This document shows positions 58,171 through 64,000 of a stretch of DNA of 64,000 nucleotides, one piece after another (position 1 is the first letter of the stretch; every line of letters begins with the position of its first letter). The stretch lies in contig JACQHJ010000001.1 of NCBI GenBank assembly GCA_016199085.1, positions 3,334 through 67,333 of the forward strand, read 5' to 3'. Position numbers and translations under genes: made by a program. The notes beneath the pieces are model-generated. The model was not told the origin of the DNA. It made no database searches and saw nothing but the letters and a program-made list of their open reading frames with translations. This DNA is from Candidatus Levyibacteriota bacterium. Its GTDB lineage: Bacteria; Patescibacteriota; Microgenomatia; Levybacterales; UBA12049.

Positions 58171-59127
58171 TCAGAAAGCAGAGTTAGGGCTTACGAAATA
58201 AATTAAAACTACAACCATAATTACCCAAATAATTACAGAGGTTAAAAGCGGTTTATCAGAAAGCAAAACTCTTTCCGGACTTTCCCCTTCATGTTTTTCA
58301 TAAATGTCTTGAAGATAACGCATTAGCCCGTAAACAACAGGTAAGATTGTTATCATAAGCCACTTTCTTTCAAAAAAAGCTGATAGAGTATCTGGAACCA
58401 AGACGCTGACATTTAATCTAAATCCCCCCGGATTTTCCAGGAAAGTAAAAAGGGAATATGCAATAAATGTAGAAGTTGCAAAAATAGATGCGTAGACGTC
58501 TAAAAGTCTGTCTGAATAATGTGAGAGCGATTCTCTGGTTGCTGCAATATCTGCTTCTTTGTTTGCCGATAGAAGAGTTAACTCCGATCTTCTTTTTCCA
58601 ATTGCGATAAAAAGCGAAATGGAAATTGTAGTAAGTAAAAGCCAGACTGAAATATGAAGTCCGGTTGCAAATTCTCCTCCGTAGACTCTTAAAATATAAC
58701 CGCTGGCAATTGCCAAAATGTCTACAACAGCCAGAGATTTTAGAAACATCGAGTAAAAAAACTGAATAAAAAGATAAACTATTCCGATTGCAAAAAAAGT
58801 TGGGGTAATACCTTTAGCAAGATAAAGTGATGCGACAATAAGTAGTACTGCAAAGCTTATCCCAAACGAAACAGGTATATCTCCATGAGCTATGGGCCTG
58901 AATTTTTTAAAAGGATGGAGTCTGTCTTTTTTAATATCAAAGATATCGTTGATGATATAAGTTGCGGAAGATAGTCCGCAAAAAACAATAAATGCTCCGA
59001 TTGCATTGGTAAGAAATTGAGCATCAAAAAGTCCTCCGGCAAAAGTAATAGGGGCAAAAACGGCAAAGTTTTTGATCCATTGCCTTGGTCTGACTAATCT
59101 TAGTATGTTAAAAGCGAGTTTTATCAT
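58171..59127 (-). CDS. UbiA-family polyprenyl-phosphate phosphoribosyltransferase (DPPR synthase-like)
   Basis: RPRQWIKN, YIINDIFD..KDRLHP.K..RPIA.G, KRRSE. Confidence 0.85.
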   Translation of the reverse strand: MIKLAFNILRLVRPRQWIKNFAVFAPITFAGGLFDAQFLTNAIGAFIVFCGLSSATYIINDIFDIKKDRLHPFKKFRPIAHGDIPVSFGISFAVLLIVASLYLAKGITPTFFAIGIVYLFIQFFYSMFLKSLAVVDILAIASGYILRVYGGEFATGLHISVWLLLTTISISLFIAIGKRRSELTLLSANKEADIAATRESLSHYSDRLLDVYASIFATSTFIAYSLFTFLENPGGFRLNVSVLVPDTLSAFFERKWLMITILPVVYGLMRYLQDIYEKHEGESPERVLLSDKPLLTSVIIWVIMVVVLIYFVSPNSAF

Positions 59128-60187
59128 TAATCCTTCTTATTAATAACTGCAAAAATAAAATTCCTCCGAAAGCCAGTATTACAAGCATTATTATAGCAAA
59201 AAGCTTTCCTTGACTTGATAAAACAAGTGCAAGGCTTCCTAAAATTGCTGAAACTATCCAATAAAATGCCGCAACAGATCTTTGACTAAAACCAAGGCCT
59301 AGCAAAAGGTGATGCAAGTGTTTTTTGTCATGCCAAAAAGGAGATTTGCCGGACAGAATTCTTCTAAGTATTGTAAAAAGACCGTCAGTCATAGGTATTC
59401 CCATAACAAGTATTGCTGTTGCAAGTTTTGCACTTGAAAGAATAGAGGCAATAGCAAGGAGAAGATAAATAGCTGTTGCACCGTATCCGGGAAATATTTT
59501 CGCAGGATAAAAATTAAAAACCAAAAAGCCCAAAGATGCCCCGGCGATTATGAAAGAAAGAGTCGCAGCGGTAATACTAGACTGGTCTGCGATAGAAAAA
59601 CGAAGACTTAAAATTCCAATTACAATTGCAGAGATTGCAACAATACCTGGCATTTGCCCGTCGACACCTTTGCTCCAATTTAACATGTTCATAACCCAGA
59701 CTATCCAGATAACGGCTATTAAATCCGATAATACTGAAATAACGGGGATATTCACAAAGGGAATCTGAATTGCATTTAGATACAATATTCCCCCAAACGG
59801 ATTTGTTATAAAAGGGATGTTGGCTCCCATTAAAACTACGAATACTGCACAGCCTATGTTTATCAAAAATCTAACATAAGGGGAGATATCGAATTTATCA
59901 TCAATAATTCCCGCAACAAGCGAAACAAAAGCAGCCAAAAACGCTGCAACGATAATTTTATCAAAGGGAATAAAAATTAGACTTGCCACAAACACTCCAA
60001 TAAAAAGAGGAATACCGCCTCCTCTTGGAACAGGGTTTTTATGAATTATCGCAGGGTGTTTATGTTTTTTAGGATCATCGACAACCTTATATTTCTTTAA
60101 AAAATACAAAGAGACTGGAATTGTAACAACCGTTATAAGAAGTGAAATTAAAAATGGAAAAATGACAACCCAGTTTAAGTCTAGCAT
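59108..60187 (-). CDS. MraY/WecA/TagO family polyprenyl-phosphate sugar-phosphate transferase
   Basis: PRGGG, GIIDD, N...GVDG, FNFYPAKIF, D..HLHH. Confidence 0.9.
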   Translation of the reverse strand: MLDLNWVVIFPFLISLLITVVTIPVSLYFLKKYKVVDDPKKHKHPAIIHKNPVPRGGGIPLFIGVFVASLIFIPFDKIIVAAFLAAFVSLVAGIIDDKFDISPYVRFLINIGCAVFVVLMGANIPFITNPFGGILYLNAIQIPFVNIPVISVLSDLIAVIWIVWVMNMLNWSKGVDGQMPGIVAISAIVIGILSLRFSIADQSSITAATLSFIIAGASLGFLVFNFYPAKIFPGYGATAIYLLLAIASILSSAKLATAILVMGIPMTDGLFTILRRILSGKSPFWHDKKHLHHLLLGLGFSQRSVAAFYWIVSAILGSLALVLSSQGKLFAIIMLVILAFGGILFLQLLIRRINDKTRF

Positions 60188-60543
60188 TATAAAATAAGCA
60201 GTAATGTTTTTAAAATAAATACAAAAATCATCACAGAAATTAGAAGGTTAACCGAGCCTACAATTCTTGCAAGTAAAGGATTATTCTTTTGATACAAAAC
60301 GGAACTAAATCCTAAATTAAAAACAAAAATAAAAATATATAAAGCTACGGGAATAAAAATTCCGTAACCTTGCGTCAATCTTTCATTTCCCCAGGGCAAT
60401 TGATTGAAAATTGGAATGTATGGGGGAATATTTTTTAAGTTTAATAAAATAAATATAATCGTTAAGACAAGGATAAGAAAGCTAAGTCCAAATACCCCTA
60501 AAGTAATTCTGTCTTTTTTAATGTCGCTAAAGAATTTTCTCAT
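60187..60543 (-). CDS. 3-TM hypothetical protein
   Basis: IPPYIPIF..LPWG..RL; tight operon spacing. Confidence 0.7.
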   Translation of the reverse strand: MRKFFSDIKKDRITLGVFGLSFLILVLTIIFILLNLKNIPPYIPIFNQLPWGNERLTQGYGIFIPVALYIFIFVFNLGFSSVLYQKNNPLLARIVGSVNLLISVMIFVFILKTLLLIL

Positions 60544-62008
60544 AAATATCTACACCGTTTATATTCATTTTATGAAGGTATTGTGGAATTGCAAAAGGAA
60601 ACTTGGCGACGTTTCCCATTATGATGATAAGCTTGGGTTTTGCCTTTTTAAGCCCTTCAAGGGTATTTGACATTCCGTCCTCATAACTTGTTATATGATA
60701 GGCAACAGTATATCTTCCCGGAGGAAGTTTATTGGTCAACTTATACACCTGGGCATTGTTTCCCCAAATAAAAATATTGTCTTTTTCACCTGCAACTCTA
60801 TTAATATAACTTGCAAGTTCATAGTCATTGGGAGTATTGCCGTCAAAAAATCTTTGATATTGATAAACATTCTTTTGGTTTGCTAAAAACTGCACAAAAT
60901 TTTGATAATAAAAGACTGTTTTTATATAAAAACTAAAGTTGGTGATAAGTAAAAATAGCGTTACGATTAAGACAAGTAAACTGAATTTAAAAAATTTATT
61001 TTTTAGCATTACAAGACCTATTAAAAGACAAAGTGCAGGTATAGCAACTAAGACGTAATGCGTATATGGTCTTTGCGAGAAAAACGCATTAAACAAAGAA
61101 AAGACTAACCAAATAAAGATAAAAATTTGATTATTTCCCAAAACTTTTCTTTTTATAAAAAGAAACGAAAGAGATAAAGCTACAATTGCCAGCTTTAAAA
61201 TCAAAAGTCCCTGGGGAATAATGAATTTATTGCCATATCCAACATAGCCAATATTGTTTGCAAAAGTTGCTTTGATGAAATATGGGAATGCGCCGTTTAA
61301 TACAAAATAGAGAGTAACTAATAAAATCGGCAGACAAAACCCTATTATTAAAGGGGAGATATTCTTTATTTCGGAAAGTATATTTTGGGGTTTAAATATA
61401 TCCCTAAAGTTTTTAGCAAAGTTTGCAAAAAACAAAAAGACTAAAAACGCCGCAAAGTCAAAACCCCCAACTATCTTAAACAAAAAGGAAATTCCTAAAG
61501 TTAAGCCTGCTAAAAATAACACTTTATATCTTTTTGAATTTGTGTGGTCTAAGGATCTGACGACCAAAAATCCTGCTGCGATATTAAAAAACAACATAAA
61601 GTTTTCTGCATTGGCAATGTTTCCTTCAATTAAAGGAAGGCCGAAAAGAAAGGCAAATGTAATTGTTGCTACATATGAAGCCTTATCATTTTCCAAAAGT
61701 TTTTTACATAGTTTAAAAAATACACCAAGTGTTAATACGCCAAAGATTAAAGACGTAAGTCTAAGCATGAATTGATCGGCGCCAAACAATCCGTAGAGAA
61801 GATAAAGAAAGGGAGGTTTGTTGTCAAAGATGTCTCTATACAATAGTCTTCCGTTATCTATACCAAGACCTAGTGTTTGATATATACCTTCGTCTCCATA
61901 CCAATAAGGTTCGAAAAGAGAAGGGAATCTAAGAAAGAAGAAAACCACCCAAATAATCAGAAGAAACCAGAAGTTCTTGCTTTTCTCTAACCTTTCCAAT
62001 AGTCTCAT
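60527..62008 (-). CDS. GT-C (ArnT/PMT-like) glycosyltransferase
   Basis: WYGDEGIY, LYRDIFDNKPP, many TM helices. Confidence 0.8.
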   Translation of the reverse strand: MRLLERLEKSKNFWFLLIIWVVFFFLRFPSLFEPYWYGDEGIYQTLGLGIDNGRLLYRDIFDNKPPFLYLLYGLFGADQFMLRLTSLIFGVLTLGVFFKLCKKLLENDKASYVATITFAFLFGLPLIEGNIANAENFMLFFNIAAGFLVVRSLDHTNSKRYKVLFLAGLTLGISFLFKIVGGFDFAAFLVFLFFANFAKNFRDIFKPQNILSEIKNISPLIIGFCLPILLVTLYFVLNGAFPYFIKATFANNIGYVGYGNKFIIPQGLLILKLAIVALSLSFLFIKRKVLGNNQIFIFIWLVFSLFNAFFSQRPYTHYVLVAIPALCLLIGLVMLKNKFFKFSLLVLIVTLFLLITNFSFYIKTVFYYQNFVQFLANQKNVYQYQRFFDGNTPNDYELASYINRVAGEKDNIFIWGNNAQVYKLTNKLPPGRYTVAYHITSYEDGMSNTLEGLKKAKPKLIIIMGNVAKFPFAIPQYLHKMNINGVDIYEKIL

Positions 62009-62012
62009 AAAA

Positions 62013-63506
62013 TTATAATTTCTCTGTTACCTTATATTCTAACCTTTTTCCAAGCATAAGTTGAGTATGAGAAATTAGAGCAGGTAATGCTGAGAGGAAA
62101 AAGCCTACAATCGGAAGAAGTAAAAGCTCTAAGGGAAACAGGAGCTGTCGTTTTTTAGAGACATGATGATGTTTTGGTCTTTGTCTAAAGTCTATGATTA
62201 TCATCGCAACTGTTGCTATAAGACAAATTGTAAGAATAAAACCGGCTAGTCTTGGAAGGTTGTAGCCCAAAGTCGTTCTGGCAAAAACAGGATTTACCAA
62301 AGGCATAATGTTTGCCGCAATCGTGATAATAAACCAGTTTACGGGCCAAAGGAAATGATCAAGTAGTACATTTGCCAAAAGCAAGGTTTTTCGAACAAAC
62401 GGAACTCCGGGAACCGTTAATGCCCATTTAATAAACAGGGGATCATCGGATGCTCCCCAGCTCCAGCGTCTTTCCTGCTGATATTTGTTTTTTAAAGATT
62501 TAAAATATGAAGACGAAAGCGGCGCATCCATAGATGTTTTTAGAAATATCGGCTCCATCCAAACTTGCCCTTTCATTTTGAAGAATGCCTTAAAGAATAT
62601 TCTATAATCTTCAGGGATTACGTCGGTATCCCAAAATCCTATTCTTTGAAGAAGTTTTAAAGAAAGAGAATAGGTAGAATTTGAAACAAGTCTGTCTTTT
62701 TGGACTAAAAGGCCGGTTCTCCAAAGACTTCCGAAAAATGAAATTATTCTTATAGGTGCCGGTACATTCCAGAAATTATTGTAGTTTACGTTTGCCGATT
62801 GCCAGAATTTATTGTACTTTAATTCATCTTTTAGAAAGCTATAGGAAAGATAAGAAAAATACTGGGGATCAAAAATTGAGTCAGCATCAACAGAGGAAAT
62901 TGTTGTAAAGTCTTCATCTATAATACCACCCTTAACAAGTTTTTTATAGGCAATTTTTCCTCCATAAGCTTCATTTGACGATTTTCCTTTTACCTCCCCT
63001 TTGATATCGGGATGGTAGGTTGCAAAGATATCTCCAAAGACGCCTTTAAATTCGTTGATTAAAATTGTCGCTGTTTTCCTAGCTCCTTCCTCTCTTTTCT
63101 CCATAGCCAGAACAACAAAAATCCGTTTCGTTGGGAAAGTCTGCTCGGCAAGGCTTTTTATTCCTACTCTAATCTTATCTACGTTTTCCTGGTAGTTTGG
63201 AATAACCAGAATATGTGTCATTTTTTCAAAGTTTTCCAGTGGTCTTGCAAGCTCCAGCCAATTCTGGCTTTCAGCCTGCTTGATTTTCCTTGAAGCAACA
63301 AAGGCAGTTATAGCAAGGGAGAATGATTTATAAAACCAATAGACGTCAAAAAAAAGAATAAAATATGCAACAGCCCAGGGGATAAAAAAAGATCCCCAGA
63401 CAGGGAATAATATTAAAGACCATGAAACAAAACCGGGAAGAATTTCCAAAGCTCTTCTAGTTTTTATAGGATAGGTAGTAAATATATGGTCAAAAAAACT
63501 TGTCAT
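62013..63506 (-). CDS. membrane GT2 family glycosyltransferase
   Basis: IPNYQE, GKSSN, DADS, IPED, QERRWSWG. Confidence 0.85.
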   Translation of the reverse strand: MTSFFDHIFTTYPIKTRRALEILPGFVSWSLILFPVWGSFFIPWAVAYFILFFDVYWFYKSFSLAITAFVASRKIKQAESQNWLELARPLENFEKMTHILVIPNYQENVDKIRVGIKSLAEQTFPTKRIFVVLAMEKREEGARKTATILINEFKGVFGDIFATYHPDIKGEVKGKSSNEAYGGKIAYKKLVKGGIIDEDFTTISSVDADSIFDPQYFSYLSYSFLKDELKYNKFWQSANVNYNNFWNVPAPIRIISFFGSLWRTGLLVQKDRLVSNSTYSLSLKLLQRIGFWDTDVIPEDYRIFFKAFFKMKGQVWMEPIFLKTSMDAPLSSSYFKSLKNKYQQERRWSWGASDDPLFIKWALTVPGVPFVRKTLLLANVLLDHFLWPVNWFIITIAANIMPLVNPVFARTTLGYNLPRLAGFILTICLIATVAMIIIDFRQRPKHHHVSKKRQLLFPLELLLLPIVGFFLSALPALISHTQLMLGKRLEYKVTEKL

Positions 63507-64000
63507 ATGTTAAAAACTGTTTTAGCGTTTTGAGTAGTTTTCAGATCTACCTCTTTTTGGGAAATAGCTTTAATTTCGGCAATTTTTCCTCCCGTAATTA
63601 TAACATAGGACGGCTCATTTCTTCCACCTCTTTTAGGCTCGGGACTAAGGAATGGCGCATCAGTTTCGGTGAGAATTCTCTCAATAGGCGTATTTCTGCA
63701 AAGATCAGGTAGGCTGACTGTTTCTCCTGGTGCAAGCCCTTTATAAGTAATATTGCCGTCAAACCCAATATAAAAGCCTAAATCTAGAGCTTGACTTAGG
63801 ACATCTAAAGCTCCCGCAAAGCAATGAAACATCCCTGGAATCTTATGTAATTTATCTTTATTTTCCTTGAGAATTTCGATTATATCTTCTCCGGCATGCC
63901 TATTGTGTATTTGGAGAGGAAGGTTAAGCTCGTAAGCTATTTGAATTTGAGTTAGAAAAACCTCTTTTTGAATTTTTGGATCAACTATGCCGTTTGATTT
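63503..64000 (-). CDS. tatD: TatD family hydrolase (3' part; start is outside the window)
   Basis: LPLQIHNRHA, GMFHCF, LTETDAPFLSP, RNEP; the frame stays open to the window end. Confidence 0.92.
   Translation of the reverse strand, partial: KSNGIVDPKIQKEVFLTQIQIAYELNLPLQIHNRHAGEDIIEILKENKDKLHKIPGMFHCFAGALDVLSQALDLGFYIGFDGNITYKGLAPGETVSLPDLCRNTPIERILTETDAPFLSPEPKRGGRNEPSYVIITGGKIAEIKAISQKEVDLKTTQNAKTVFNI

Overview
AT-rich bacterial chromosomal segment (standard code; TGA used as stop). Gene content and style point to a Patescibacteria/CPR organism, probably Microgenomates (inference). The housekeeping backbone has purA, dnaG-rpoD, pyk, tRNA-Asn, yvcK, archaeal-type ppcA, msrA, Ni-SOD sodN-sodX, FemABX, pcrA, tpiA, LCP, pilNO, rpsT, murJ, lepA, groES-groEL, UbiA/WecA/glycosyltransferases and tatD. 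Main accessory feature: a ~13.4 kb metal/thiol-redox island (about 12.0-25.4 kb) in three modules. Each module has a repressor (BlaI+M56 peptidase, ArsR-YHS, CsoR) and a visible palindromic operator. The island encodes DsbA, CcdA, a CxxxC redoxin, a frameshifted multicopper oxidase, a CPD-motif Cu-ATPase and many uncharacterised Cys-Cys/His/Met-rich proteins, two of which look like mutually related CcmH-like domains. Also found: small genes absent from the ORF track (a 45-aa secreted peptide with an APSTGFGG tag next to a class F sortase, a 44-aa stand-alone metal-binding peptide ending CCC, a 50-aa His/Cys protein), two LPPTG-tagged surface proteins, gene remnants within and at the edge of the island, and a window-wide pattern of leaderless-type promoters, including an 18-bp bidirectional one between pcrA and tpiA. 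No CRISPR array, rRNA, transposase or integrase was recognised. All family calls come from motif recognition by eye, not from database searches.
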